Positions 17,094 to 26,492 of a stretch of DNA of 35,235 nt are shown piece by piece (positions within the stretch are counted from its first letter, which is position 1; the number at the start of each line of letters is the position of its first letter). Origin of the DNA: Elusimicrobiota bacterium. GTDB lineage: Bacteria > Elusimicrobiota > Elusimicrobia > UBA1565. Location of the stretch: NCBI GenBank assembly GCA_043819795.1, contig JBDREN010000235.1:1-35235 (forward strand), in the 5' to 3' direction. Below the pieces are notes generated by a model that saw nothing but the letters and a program-made list of their open reading frames with translations, did not search any database and was not told the origin of the DNA. Made by a program: the position numbers and the translations under genes.

Positions 17094-19256
17094 GTGGAGC
17101 GGCTCAAGATGATCGCCTTCCCCGTCGCCGCGCTGGCCGCGGCGCTGATCCTCGTGTGCGTATTCCCCCGGGGCCAGCGCCTGGGGCCGCCGGACTGCGT
17201 CTTCGGGGACGGGACCTACATGGATCCCGGGGAGGCCCTGCTCCACGCCGTGAGACCGCCGGGCCTCAACGTGTCCTATCATCTCCCGCTGGCGAGCCTG
17301 GGGTCGGCCGTTCTCCGTTTTCACGCGGGCGAAACGGCCAAGCGCGGCTGGATCCGCTCCGTCCGGTGGGTCGGCGCGCTGCTTCTTTTCAGCCTCGCGT
17401 GCTTCCTCGGCCCCCCGGCCTGGGCCGCGCTGGCGCCCGCGCTTTGGGTATCCCGGGCTTTCGGGATCGATCCGGTCTGCTACCTGCAGGCCGGGTTCAC
17501 GCTTCTGGTCCTCATAGTCGCCGGCCTGCTGGTCCGTCGCGCGCGCGCGCCGTCGTTGGGCTCCAAGCTGCTGCTCGGGCTGGCGCTTGGGGCCAGCCTC
17601 GTCTTCCGCTCCGCGCTCGCGTTCTTCCCTCCGGTACTGGCGTTCCACGAGCTGGTATCGGCCCGGCGGAGCCGGCCTCGGCGGCGGATCGACTGGAGGG
17701 GCCTGCTCGCGGCGTGCGCTCTCCCGTACCTGTTCCTCCTGCCGTGGCTGGGGATGAACTACTCGGTCCACGGGCGCGTCGTCCCGTTCGAGGCCGGCGA
17801 GGCGAGCATGAACGTCATCACGGGCGCGCTCGGCATCGTGCCCACCGTCGAAGGGAACGTCGAGGCGCTCGCCGACGACCTTCCCGACACATCCAAGACG
17901 GGCCGCGTTCTCGTTTGGGCGGCCCGGGAGGTCCTGCGCCATCCCCTGCGCTACGCGCGCGCCTGCGCCCAGCGGGTGGGCTTCGTCCTCGGGCTCCATC
18001 CGCTGCTGTGGGCGCTCGCGCTCTGGGCGCTGTGGCTGCATCGCGGGAAGGAGGAGTACCGCCTCATCGGGCTGCTGCTCGCCTATTTCGTGGGGGTCCA
18101 TTGCCTCATGTCCGTCGAGCGCTCCTACTTCCTGCCGCTCGAGCCCCTGCTGGCCGCGCTGGCCGCCGCTCCGCTGCTGGCGATCCGGAGGCGGCCGTCC
18201 CCGCGGGCGGAAGCCTGGGGGCGTCGCGTCTCCACGGTCGCGCTGGCCTGCGCGTTGACGGTCGCGCTCGGGCTGGTCGCGTTCGCGTTCGGGGTCGTAT
18301 GCGCCTACGCGGTCCGGGCCCGGGCGCGCCCCCCGGAATCGCCGCGGGCGCTCGATGAGGCGATCGCCGCGAACCCCGCCGATCCCTGGCTGCTGGCCTA
18401 TCGCGGCAGGCGGAGCCTGCGCGACGGGCGGAACGAGCAGGCGGCGCGGGACCTGGAGGCGGCCGTGCGCGCGCGCCCGGGCGACGCGGGCATCCGGCTG
18501 CTGCACGCCTGGGCGAGCCGGCTCTCCGGCGACCCGGCGCCGCTGTCGGCGTTCGATCCCGCGCGCATGTCCATCGCGCGCTGGCGCGTCGAGGGGTGCG
18601 TACTCAAGGCGGAGGGCGCGCTGCGTGTCGGCCGCGCGCGGGACGCGCGCGACCTGTTGGAGGCGGCGCTCGGGACTTGGCGCTCGGAGGAGGTTCGGGT
18701 CCGCCGCCTGCGCAGTGAGACCGACAGGAGGACGCTCGCGCGCCTGAGCTCTCCCGCCGAGGGCGTTCACCGCATGCTGGGCGTGCTGCGAAGCTATCGC
18801 TCCGCGGGCGAGCGTTTCCTGGTGGCTCGGCCGATCCTCGATCTGGCCCGCGGGACGCTCTCCCCGGAGGACCCGGCCTGGCATTCCATCGCCGTCCAGC
18901 TGCAGGATATCGGCGAATACACGCGAGCCGTCGGGATCCTGGACCGCTTGCTGGCGGCCCGGCCGGACTCGTCGAAGCTGCTCGGCGACCGGGGGCTGTG
19001 CCGTTACCTGGCGGGGTCCGTCCGCGAGGGCATCGCGGACCTCGAGGCCGCCATACGCCTCGACCCGGGCCTGTTGCCGCCGTATCTGACGCTGGCCACA
19101 GTGCACCTGCGGGAAGGGCGGCATGCGGAGGCGCTGGCCGTCTGCGAACGGGCGCTGCGCGAGGGCAAGGACCCCGTTCTCGAGCGGTTGATACGGCGCA
19201 CGCGCGACGACCTGCTGCGGGAAGATCGTGGTAAGCCCCAATCCGGAAAGCGTTGA
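17094..19256 (+). CDS. Polytopic membrane protein (ArnT/GT-C-like) with TPR repeats
   Basis: Multiple TM segments, PWLGMNYSVHGRVVP, ERSYFLP, C-terminal TPRs; TATAAT at 17080-17085. Confidence 0.7.
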   Translation: MERLKMIAFPVAALAAALILVCVFPRGQRLGPPDCVFGDGTYMDPGEALLHAVRPPGLNVSYHLPLASLGSAVLRFHAGETAKRGWIRSVRWVGALLLFSLACFLGPPAWAALAPALWVSRAFGIDPVCYLQAGFTLLVLIVAGLLVRRARAPSLGSKLLLGLALGASLVFRSALAFFPPVLAFHELVSARRSRPRRRIDWRGLLAACALPYLFLLPWLGMNYSVHGRVVPFEAGEASMNVITGALGIVPTVEGNVEALADDLPDTSKTGRVLVWAAREVLRHPLRYARACAQRVGFVLGLHPLLWALALWALWLHRGKEEYRLIGLLLAYFVGVHCLMSVERSYFLPLEPLLAALAAAPLLAIRRRPSPRAEAWGRRVSTVALACALTVALGLVAFAFGVVCAYAVRARARPPESPRALDEAIAANPADPWLLAYRGRRSLRDGRNEQAARDLEAAVRARPGDAGIRLLHAWASRLSGDPAPLSAFDPARMSIARWRVEGCVLKAEGALRVGRARDARDLLEAALGTWRSEEVRVRRLRSETDRRTLARLSSPAEGVHRMLGVLRSYRSAGERFLVARPILDLARGTLSPEDPAWHSIAVQLQDIGEYTRAVGILDRLLAARPDSSKLLGDRGLCRYLAGSVREGIADLEAAIRLDPGLLPPYLTLATVHLREGRHAEALAVCERALREGKDPVLERLIRRTRDDLLREDRGKPQSGKR

Positions 19257-19356
19257 GAAGTCCGCCCGCCTTCGGCGGGCAATTCCCTCATAACTCAGCG
19301 GCGTAAGCGACCGGTCGGCGCTCCGCGCGACCGGAGCTGAAAGGGCCAAAAAAACA

Positions 19357-19430
19357 AGGTGCGGATGGGATTCGAACCCATGAATACGGGTTTTGCAGAC
19401 CCGCGCCTTGGACCACTTGGCTACCGCACC
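19357..19430 (-). tRNA. tRNA-Cys(GCA)
   Basis: GGTGCGG acceptor, CGGGT-CTGCAAA-ACCCG anticodon arm, ATGGG-TTCGAAT-CCCAT T arm, U discriminator; CCA not encoded. Confidence 0.95.
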
Positions 19431-19504
19431 GAGGGCGTAATTCTAACATTTAGTCCGGCGGGGCACAAGGCAAATTTATAATGCAAATATAATGCTTTTT
19501 GCTA

Positions 19505-19533
19505 TTGACGCCTGCCAAAACCCCTGTTAAACT
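19505..19533 (+). promoter_or_regulatory. Sigma70 promoter of the pilin-like operon
   Basis: TTGACG-17 nt-TAAACT with extended TG; divergent from tRNA-Cys. Confidence 0.65.
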
Positions 19534-19580
19534 TAAAATGAGAACCTCCTCGCGCGATCTGGCGAGGGGGAAGTTGTGTT

Positions 19581-20015
19581 ATGCCTAAGCGGCGGACCAT
19601 GAACGGAATCCGCGGCCAGTCCGGCTATACGTTGGTCGAGACGATGGTCGCGATCCTGCTCGTCTCGTTCGTGGTGACGTCCGTCTTCTCGGTGGTGCTC
19701 ACGGCCAGGATGGGGGCCCACAAGACGGGCGTGCGCGGGCAGGCCCTGTACTTCGTCCGCCAATCCATGGAGCGGCTCAAGGCTTACGTCTCAGCCGACA
19801 CGAGCGCGCCGGGCCCCACGCCGAACTGGACGTATCCGGGCGATGCCTGCAACTGCTACGCGCTGGCGCAGGGAGTGCACGACATCACGAGCACTCTCCC
19901 GGTGAGCTTCCGCGGCGCTCCCAGGAACGGGACTTTGGAGTACAACGTGTCGAACCAAGCATGCGGGGGGCAGATGTGCCAGCGCGTGGAATTCCAGATA
20001 AAATGGGACGAATGA
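19581..20015 (+). CDS. Type IV minor pilin/pseudopilin (PilV-like)
   Basis: Class III signal G/YTLVE followed by a hydrophobic helix; start may be 19599. Confidence 0.85.
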   Translation: MPKRRTMNGIRGQSGYTLVETMVAILLVSFVVTSVFSVVLTARMGAHKTGVRGQALYFVRQSMERLKAYVSADTSAPGPTPNWTYPGDACNCYALAQGVHDITSTLPVSFRGAPRNGTLEYNVSNQACGGQMCQRVEFQIKWDE

Positions 20016-20662
20016 CGGGGCGGTTCGAGCGGGGGGATGCGGGGTTCAGCCTGGCCGAGCTGGTCATCGCGTCGCTGCTCTTCAGCATGGTGATCGCCGG
20101 CCTGGCCGCCATATACGGCACGGTTTTCCAGCAGAGCGGCCGCATCCTCGGCAACAGCCGGATCAAGAACCAGGCGGCGTACGCGTTGCGGGCCATGCAG
20201 AACCAGGTCACCGTGGCCACCCACCTCGAGGATCCGCCGAGGGGCGTCCCGGGGAGCCAGTTGAGCGGATGCCGGAACGCCAAGCCCGACGGGACCCGCA
20301 TCGTCCCGTCTCCGGAGAAGCACGGCAGCTTCGGTTTCTGCCTGCGCAACACGGCCATCAGGCTCTGCCAGGTTCCGGGCAATTCGCCGCCTTGCCTGTT
20401 CTACTATTATTGGCCGAACATCTGTCCACCGCCGCAGGTGACGCCCGCCAACTGCGGCAACCCTGTCAGCGGGGTGAGCCCCGAGGTGCTCGCCTCCGAG
20501 GTGGAGGGGGGGGCCGGGGGCGGGAATGTTTTCGAACGGTCTCAGGAGATCACCGACGTGCGCATCGCGTTCGCCGTGACCAAGGCGAAGACGCGCAGCC
20601 ACCCGAAGCTGTCCTACGCGGTGGATACGACGCTGCACGCCCATTTCGGGGTGTCGCCGTGA
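20012..20662 (+). CDS. Type IV minor pilin/pseudopilin (PilW-like)
   Basis: G/FSLAE plus hydrophobic helix; ATGA overlap with the previous gene; Cys-rich head. Confidence 0.85.
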   Translation: MTGRFERGDAGFSLAELVIASLLFSMVIAGLAAIYGTVFQQSGRILGNSRIKNQAAYALRAMQNQVTVATHLEDPPRGVPGSQLSGCRNAKPDGTRIVPSPEKHGSFGFCLRNTAIRLCQVPGNSPPCLFYYYWPNICPPPQVTPANCGNPVSGVSPEVLASEVEGGAGGGNVFERSQEITDVRIAFAVTKAKTRSHPKLSYAVDTTLHAHFGVSP

Positions 20663-20979
20663 GCTTCCGGGGAGGGGGCTGCGAGAGGGGGCTGGCGCTC
20701 GTGCAGGTGCTCGTCATGTCCGTGCTGCTGGTCATCCTGGCCACCGGGGTCCTCAAGGTGATCTTCGCGGACCACGTCCTCGTGGCGCGGGTCAAGAACA
20801 GCGACGTGCACAAGTACTACGTGGAGGCGTGCATGGCGCGCAAGAATTCGGAGTGGGACGGGCAGCCCTGCAGGCCTCCGAACTCTCCCTGCGTCTTTTC
20901 CTCGCCGGGGGGCGGATCCGTCAGCGTGAGTGCGGTCTGCAGCGGGAACACGGCGGTTTTCGAGGTCAATTGGCAGTGA
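20659..20979 (+). CDS. PilX/GspK-like minor pilin
   Basis: ERG/LALVQVLV with no Glu5, as in PilX/GspK; GTGA overlap. Confidence 0.7.
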   Translation: MSFRGGGCERGLALVQVLVMSVLLVILATGVLKVIFADHVLVARVKNSDVHKYYVEACMARKNSEWDGQPCRPPNSPCVFSSPGGGSVSVSAVCSGNTAVFEVNWQ

Positions 20980-20990
20980 GAGGGGGCGCC

Positions 20991-21659
20991 ATGGAAAACG
21001 CGGATAGAAGGATAACCGTCCTGATCCGGTTCAGGAAGCGGCAGGCCGTCGCGGCGCTGGTGGCGGCGCTCGTCTGTCTTCTGCCCGTGAAGCTGGCCAC
21101 CCAGCAGGCGAGACAGCAGATGTCCCTGACGACCTACTATCCGGCTCCCTTCGGGGTGTACCAGCAGCTCCAGGTCGAGACGGAGACGTATCTGGCCTAT
21201 ATTTCAGGCCGGGTCGGCATCGGCACGCAGACCCCCGCCTCGTCGTTCAAGCTGGAAGTGAACGGGGGAACCCTCATCCAGGGCGACGCCGACGTGACGG
21301 GGAGGGCCGCCGTCGGGCAGAACCTCACGGCGGCCAACGGCGCCGTGACGTTGGGCAACGACGGCGGCTTTCATTTGAAGGCTTCTGGAAATCTCGTGTT
21401 GGGCGGCCAGACGGGGCGGGTTCATATCGGGACCAGCGTGAGCCAGTACCTGGGCCGGATGTGCAAGGTGGCCCCTTACTACAACATGGTCCTGTTCAAT
21501 CCTTGCCCGAACGGCGGGGTGGGTTGGGTGCCGCTCGCGTTCGCGAAGAAGGTCGGGCCGAACAAGTTCGACATCCTCTCGGATAAGGCGCGGAGGACCC
21601 CGGATAGATACCCGCCGTTGAGCGGCCACATGCTGTGCTGCAAGATGGAGCGCCCTTGA
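20991..21659 (+). CDS. TYYPxP/GIGT/MLCCK paralog 1 (putative pilus-associated adhesin)
   Basis: RBS GAGGGGG; hydrophobic N-segment, TTYYPAPFG, GRVGIGT, terminal GHMLCCK. Confidence 0.8.
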   Translation: MENADRRITVLIRFRKRQAVAALVAALVCLLPVKLATQQARQQMSLTTYYPAPFGVYQQLQVETETYLAYISGRVGIGTQTPASSFKLEVNGGTLIQGDADVTGRAAVGQNLTAANGAVTLGNDGGFHLKASGNLVLGGQTGRVHIGTSVSQYLGRMCKVAPYYNMVLFNPCPNGGVGWVPLAFAKKVGPNKFDILSDKARRTPDRYPPLSGHMLCCKMERP

Positions 21660-21676
21660 GCGCGGAAGAGGAGCCG

Positions 21677-22327
21677 ATGAGCCGGATGAACGGAGCCGTG
21701 GACGGCGAAGCGAGGATGCTGACGGTGCGCCTTGAGCTGCGAAGAGGGCAGATCGTCGCGGCCCTCGCGCTGCTCCTGCTCTGCGCGCTCCCCATGGACC
21801 TGGCCACGGAGAAGCTGGCCCTGGCCACGTACTATCCGTCTCCGTACGGGGTGTACGAGAGGATGCGGGCCACGGACAACGCGCGGCTCGCCTACACGTC
21901 GGGGCGGGTCGGTATCGGCACGACGGCCCCCAACGCGGAGCTGGACGTGGTGGGGCACGCCCTGATCCAGGGGACCGCCACCGTCTCGGGCAACGCCGCC
22001 ATCGAGAAGAACCTCACGGCGTGGGGCGGGAGGGTGGAGTTCGGCAGCAGCGCCGAAGGCTACAGCCTGAAGGCCGCCAACGGCGATCTGATCATGGGGG
22101 GCGCCGGGGGCAAGACGGGCGAGGTATTGATCGGCAACTCCCCCGACTATTTCCTGGGCCGGATGTGCCGGTTCGTGGCGTATGATGACGTCATCGTCTG
22201 GACGCCCTGCCCCAACAACGGGGTGGGCTGGACGCCGGTCAGCTGGGGAAGCGTCTCGGACCGTCTCGCGGGCACGGCCGGCCGGGTGACCGGCAGGATG
22301 CTTTGCTGCAAGATGCAGCAGTACTGA
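21677..22327 (+). CDS. TYYPxP/GIGT/MLCCK paralog 2
   Basis: RBS GAGGAG; TYYPSPYG, GRVGIGT, GRMLCCK. Confidence 0.8.
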   Translation: MSRMNGAVDGEARMLTVRLELRRGQIVAALALLLLCALPMDLATEKLALATYYPSPYGVYERMRATDNARLAYTSGRVGIGTTAPNAELDVVGHALIQGTATVSGNAAIEKNLTAWGGRVEFGSSAEGYSLKAANGDLIMGGAGGKTGEVLIGNSPDYFLGRMCRFVAYDDVIVWTPCPNNGVGWTPVSWGSVSDRLAGTAGRVTGRMLCCKMQQY

Positions 22328-22338
22328 GCGAAGAGGGC

Positions 22339-22962
22339 ATGGAAAGCGAAGGACGGATGTTGACGGTCCGCATCGAGCTGGGAAGGCGCCAGATCGCTTC
22401 GGCGCTGGCGCTGCTTCTGCTCTGCCTGCTGCCCGCGGAGCTGACGACCGAGGAGATGACGCGCACGACCTACTATCCGTCGCCCTTCGGGGTGTACGAG
22501 AAGATGCGCTCCACCGACAACACCCGGCTCGCCTACACGTCGGGGCGGGTCGGCGTCGGCACGACGGAACCGGCCGCCGAGCTGGACGTCCGGGGTCACT
22601 CGCTCATCCAGGGAAACGCCGATATTTCGGGGAAGGCGGATGTCGCCCTCAACGTCGCCGCCGGGAACGGGGACGTGGAGGTCGGCCAAAGCGCCGAGGG
22701 CTTCCACATCAAGGCCAACCGCGGGGATCTGGTGCTGGGTGGCGCGGGGGGAAAGACGGGCGAGGTCCATATCGGCAACAGCTCCAGCTATTTTCTGGGC
22801 CAGATGTGCCGGTACGTCGACTACAACCAAGGCGTGACGTATTGTCCGAACGGAGGAAGAGGCTGGTCGGTGGTCAGCTGGGGAGGCGTCTCGGACCGCT
22901 TCAGCGGCACGGCCGGCGCGTGGATGGGCAGGATGTTGTGCTGCAAGATGGAGCCGTACTGA
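22339..22962 (+). CDS. TYYPxP/GIGT/MLCCK paralog 3
   Basis: RBS GAGGG; TYYPSPFG, GRVGVGT, GRMLCCK. Confidence 0.8.
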   Translation: MESEGRMLTVRIELGRRQIASALALLLLCLLPAELTTEEMTRTTYYPSPFGVYEKMRSTDNTRLAYTSGRVGVGTTEPAAELDVRGHSLIQGNADISGKADVALNVAAGNGDVEVGQSAEGFHIKANRGDLVLGGAGGKTGEVHIGNSSSYFLGQMCRYVDYNQGVTYCPNGGRGWSVVSWGGVSDRFSGTAGAWMGRMLCCKMEPY

Positions 22963-22988
22963 GCGGCGGGAAGCGAGGGGGAAGAGTC

Positions 22989-23663
22989 ATGGAAGCCAGA
23001 GAACGGACGATCACGGTGCAAGTCGAGATCGGAAAGCGCGGGTTCGGCGCGGCGCTGGTCCTGCTTCTGCTCTGTCTGCAGCCGGTGGAGCTGGCCACCG
23101 AGCAGCTTACCCTGACGACCTACTATCCGGCCCCCTTCGGGAACTATGTCAGGCTGCGGACGACGCGGGACTCCTACCTGGCCTACTCGGGAGGCAGCGT
23201 CGGCATCCGCACGGTCACGCCGTCGTCCGGCTACAAGTTGGACGTCAACGGAAAGGCCGTCATCCAGGGGAACGTCGAGGTCCGGCAGATGGCCAGCGTC
23301 GCCAACAACGTCACCGCGGCGGGCCGCTCGGTGACGCTGGGCGATGTCGGAGGGTTCCACCTGAGCTCCACCGGGAATTTGGTGCTGGGCAGCCAGACGG
23401 GCGCGGTGCGGATCGGGGCGGGCGCCAACGAGGATAATTACTACCTGGGCGACATGTGCCAGTATGAAGCCTACGACAGCGGCAAGCGCGACTGCTCCTT
23501 CACGGGCTGGTCGCCGGTCGCTTTCACCGACGGCGGCAGGAAGATGCATGACAACATCAGCCTGCAGGGCAGCCTCGGGCCGATCCTCGACGATCCCGGA
23601 CCCGGAAACCAGGTGGTGGTCCCGGGGAACCAGATGCTGTGCTGCAAGCTGGAGTCGTTTTGA
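22989..23663 (+). CDS. TYYPxP/GIGT/MLCCK paralog 4
   Basis: TYYPAPFG, GSVGIRT, QMLCCK. Confidence 0.8.
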   Translation: MEARERTITVQVEIGKRGFGAALVLLLLCLQPVELATEQLTLTTYYPAPFGNYVRLRTTRDSYLAYSGGSVGIRTVTPSSGYKLDVNGKAVIQGNVEVRQMASVANNVTAAGRSVTLGDVGGFHLSSTGNLVLGSQTGAVRIGAGANEDNYYLGDMCQYEAYDSGKRDCSFTGWSPVAFTDGGRKMHDNISLQGSLGPILDDPGPGNQVVVPGNQMLCCKLESF

Positions 23664-24521
23664 TCAGAACCGCCGTCTGAGCCACTGCTCCGGATCGACG
23701 GCCGCGCCGTGCACGTAGACCCCCCAGTGCAGGTGCGTCCCCGTGGAGAAGCCTCCTCCGCCGATGGCGCCGATCGTCCGGCCCTTGGGCACCTCATCGC
23801 CGGCCTCGACCTCGCTGGACCTCAGATGGAGAAAGGCGCTCATGACGCCTTGGCCGTGGTCCAGGATCACGGTCCCGCCCTGCACCGGATAGCGTCCCGC
23901 CAGCGCGACCTTGGCCGCGTTCGGAGCCGCGACCTGGTGCCCCTCCGGGGCCGCGATGTCGACGCCCTTATGCCAGCTCCACTTTTTCCTATTGACGTTG
24001 CGGGAATGGCCGTAGGCCGACGTGAGCCGCCCCTGCGCGGGGCGCAGGAAGGCTCCCTCCCAGAGCTGGCGCGCCGTCTCCGTCCGCAGCGCCGCGCGTA
24101 TCGTCCGGATCGCGTCCTCGGCCTCGGGCTTCTTCGGGAGGGCGGCTTTCTTTTTGGGCATGCGGAGCTCGCGATGGCCGAACTCCCTGGCGGCGACCGT
24201 GATGTTCACCGTCTTCGTCTCTTCGGGCAGAAGGAAGGGCCTGCGGGTGACTTCCAGCGCGAACCGGCCGGGCTCCTCGACGGCCTCCAGGCCGATCAGC
24301 GCCCGCATCCTGCCCGGGCCGACCGCGTAGAGGGGATAGCTCTTCGAACGGAACAGGCAGCTCACGCGCCCCGGGTTGTCGACGCCGAGCACCTCCACGC
24401 GAACGACGTCTCCGGGCCGGGGCGCCCGGGGCTCGACGCGGATCTCGAGGGCGTCGACTCCCGCCGCCGTGGCCCACAGGGCCAGGGCGGCCAAGGTCCG
24501 TCTCCTAAACCGCGCGCGCAT
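23664..24521 (-). CDS. M23 family metallopeptidase
   Basis: HKGVD (HxxxD) and HLHW (HxH), DHGQG, signal peptide. Confidence 0.9.
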   Translation of the reverse strand: MRARFRRRTLAALALWATAAGVDALEIRVEPRAPRPGDVVRVEVLGVDNPGRVSCLFRSKSYPLYAVGPGRMRALIGLEAVEEPGRFALEVTRRPFLLPEETKTVNITVAAREFGHRELRMPKKKAALPKKPEAEDAIRTIRAALRTETARQLWEGAFLRPAQGRLTSAYGHSRNVNRKKWSWHKGVDIAAPEGHQVAAPNAAKVALAGRYPVQGGTVILDHGQGVMSAFLHLRSSEVEAGDEVPKGRTIGAIGGGGFSTGTHLHWGVYVHGAAVDPEQWLRRRF

Positions 24522-24592
24522 GCGGACGAGAATACAAAATTTCCTTAAGACGACGCCCGGTTGCTATAATGGGGAGGCAGGAGGTGATCAGC

Positions 24593-24793
24593 ATGCTCCC
24601 CAATCTCGGCTACGGCGAACTCCTTATCATCCTGGCCGTGGTGATCCTTCTCTTCGGGGCCAAGCAGGTCCCGGAGATCGCGCGCGCCTTCGGGCGGGCC
24701 ATCAATTCGTTCAAGGCCGGCATGAAGGAGCCGCCGGAGGACGTCCCGAAGGACCCCCCCCAGGACGATTCCAAGCCCGGATCGACGACCTAG
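24593..24793 (+). CDS. tatA: Twin-arginine translocase TatA/E
   Basis: ELLIILAVVILLFGAKQVPEIARAFG; RBS GGAGGTG; TGCTATAAT extended -10 at 24562-24570. Confidence 0.92.
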   Translation: MLPNLGYGELLIILAVVILLFGAKQVPEIARAFGRAINSFKAGMKEPPEDVPKDPPQDDSKPGSTT

Positions 24794-24802
24794 GGGGTCC
24801 GG

Positions 24803-25282
24803 ATGCCGGGGCATCTGAACCGCCGGGGAGAGGCCCGGATGGTCGACGTGGGCGCCAAGCCCGTGACGCGGCGCGAGGCCGTCGCGCGCGGCAGCGTCCG
24901 CATGTCGGCGGGGGCGTTGCGCCTCCTGCGCGCGGGGCGCCTGCCCAAGGGGGACGCGATGGCCGCGGCCCGCATCGCGGGCATCCTGGCGGCCAAGCGC
25001 ACGGGCCTTCTCATCCCGCTCTGTCACCCCCTCCCTCTGGACTCGGCGGAGGTCCGCCTGCGGCCCGCCGGGGGGCGCGTCGATGTCGAGGCCGTGGTGT
25101 GCGCCACGGCCCGGACCGGAGTCGAGATGGAGGCCCTCGTCGCCGTCTCGGCGGCCTGTCTCACGCTCTACGACATGGCCAAATCCGAGGACAAGCGGAT
25201 GACGATCGGGCCGATCTACCTCGCCGAGAAGCGCGGCGGCAGATCCGGCGATTTCCGCCGAGGAAAGGCGCCCTCGCGCTGA
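24803..25282 (+). CDS. moaC: Cyclic pyranopterin monophosphate synthase
   Basis: ARMVDV, LIPLCHP, TGVEMEAL, YDMAK, EKRGG. Confidence 0.95.
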   Translation: MPGHLNRRGEARMVDVGAKPVTRREAVARGSVRMSAGALRLLRAGRLPKGDAMAAARIAGILAAKRTGLLIPLCHPLPLDSAEVRLRPAGGRVDVEAVVCATARTGVEMEALVAVSAACLTLYDMAKSEDKRMTIGPIYLAEKRGGRSGDFRRGKAPSR

Positions 25283-25290
25283 ACTTCGCG

Positions 25291-25791
25291 ATGCGCGTGA
25301 ATACCTCCCCCGTCCGGATCGGAGTCCTCACCGTCTCGGACGGCTGCGCGAGCGGGGAGCGCGCCGACCGCGGCGGTCCGGCCGTGGCCGAAGCCGCCGC
25401 GCGCCGGGGCTGGGAGATCGCGGAGCGCGCCGTGCTCCCGGACAGCGCCGCGCGGATCGAGCATCGGCTCAAGCAGTGGTGCGACCGCGCCGAACCGCTG
25501 GACGCGATCTTCACGACGGGGGGGACGGGGCTGGGACCGCGTGACGTGACCCCCGAGGCGACGCGGGCGGTCCTCGACAAGGACCTTCCCGGCTTCGCCG
25601 AGCGGATGCGGCGCGAGGGAGAGAAGGCCACGCCGCGGGCCGCGTTGTCGCGGGCGGTCTGCGGCGCGCGCCGGCGCACGCTCATCTGCAACCTTCCCGG
25701 CAGCCCCAAGGGAGCGGTGGAGTCCTTCGACGCGGTCGCGGGGCTCATCGAGCACGCGCTCGAGATGCTGCGCGGCGGGGGGCACCCGTGA
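25291..25791 (+). CDS. mog: Molybdopterin adenylyltransferase (MogA/MoaB family)
   Basis: LTVSD, TTGGTG, RDVTPEAT, LSRA, NLPGSPK. Confidence 0.9.
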   Translation: MRVNTSPVRIGVLTVSDGCASGERADRGGPAVAEAAARRGWEIAERAVLPDSAARIEHRLKQWCDRAEPLDAIFTTGGTGLGPRDVTPEATRAVLDKDLPGFAERMRREGEKATPRAALSRAVCGARRRTLICNLPGSPKGAVESFDAVAGLIEHALEMLRGGGHP

Positions 25792-26492
25792 CGCACGTCG
25801 ACCGCGACATGACGGTCACCGAGCACCTGGAGGAGCTGCGCCGGTGCCTCATCGTCTGCCTCATCGCCTTGTTCGCCGGGACGGCGGTCGTCTGGTTCTG
25901 GTCCGGGGACTTCCTGTCCTGGCTCGCCAAGCCGGTGGGGGGGCTCATCTTCATCGCCCCGACGGAGGCGTTCTTTACGCGCCTAAAGGTCGCGATGTTC
26001 GGCGGGTTCCTGCTTGTCCTGCCGGTCGTCCTCTATGAGGCTTGGTCCTTCACCGCCTGCGCGATGGGAGAAGCCCTGCGCAGGGCCCTGGCTTTCGTGA
26101 TCCCCGTGTCGTATCTGCTCTTCGTGTGCGGCGTCGCGCTCGCGGTGCTCGTGGTCGTGCCCACGGCCGTGCGATTCCTTATCGGGTACGGCTCGGCCGA
26201 CGTCCGGCCGCTATTGACCGTCGGAGGCTACCTCGATTTCGTGGCCATGCTCTCGCTGGCGTTCGGCGCGACGTTCCAGATCCCGCTGGTGATGATGTCG
26301 CTCGAACGGGCCGGCCTCGTCAGCCGCAAGGCTCTCGCGGCCAAGCGCCGCTATTTTTACGTCGGGGGCTTCATCATGGCCGCCATGCTGACGCCCGGCC
26401 CCGACGTCTTCTCCCAGCTGGCCCTGGCGATCCCGATCGTCCTGCTTTTCGAGGCCTCTCTTTTGGTCATGCGGCGGTCGGGCTCCTCGTGA
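25788..26492 (+). CDS. tatC: Twin-arginine translocase TatC
   Basis: EHLEELR, PTEAF, FQIP, LTPGPD; GTGA overlap with mog. Confidence 0.93.
   Translation: MTHVDRDMTVTEHLEELRRCLIVCLIALFAGTAVVWFWSGDFLSWLAKPVGGLIFIAPTEAFFTRLKVAMFGGFLLVLPVVLYEAWSFTACAMGEALRRALAFVIPVSYLLFVCGVALAVLVVVPTAVRFLIGYGSADVRPLLTVGGYLDFVAMLSLAFGATFQIPLVMMSLERAGLVSRKALAAKRRYFYVGGFIMAAMLTPGPDVFSQLALAIPIVLLFEASLLVMRRSGSS

Noticed and set aside
16302..19349. 1015-aa minus-strand ORF
   Set aside because: Only the last 235 aa are protein-like; the rest is an antisense shadow of the 17094-19256 gene, typical of high GC.
19357..19430. tRNA-Cys as an island integration site
   Set aside because: No duplicated 3' end and no integrase seen in the window.
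20991..23663. Diversity-generating retroelement or shufflon acting on the four paralogs
   Set aside because: Differences between copies are not adenine-specific, all copies are complete same-strand genes, and there is no reverse transcriptase or invertase in the window.
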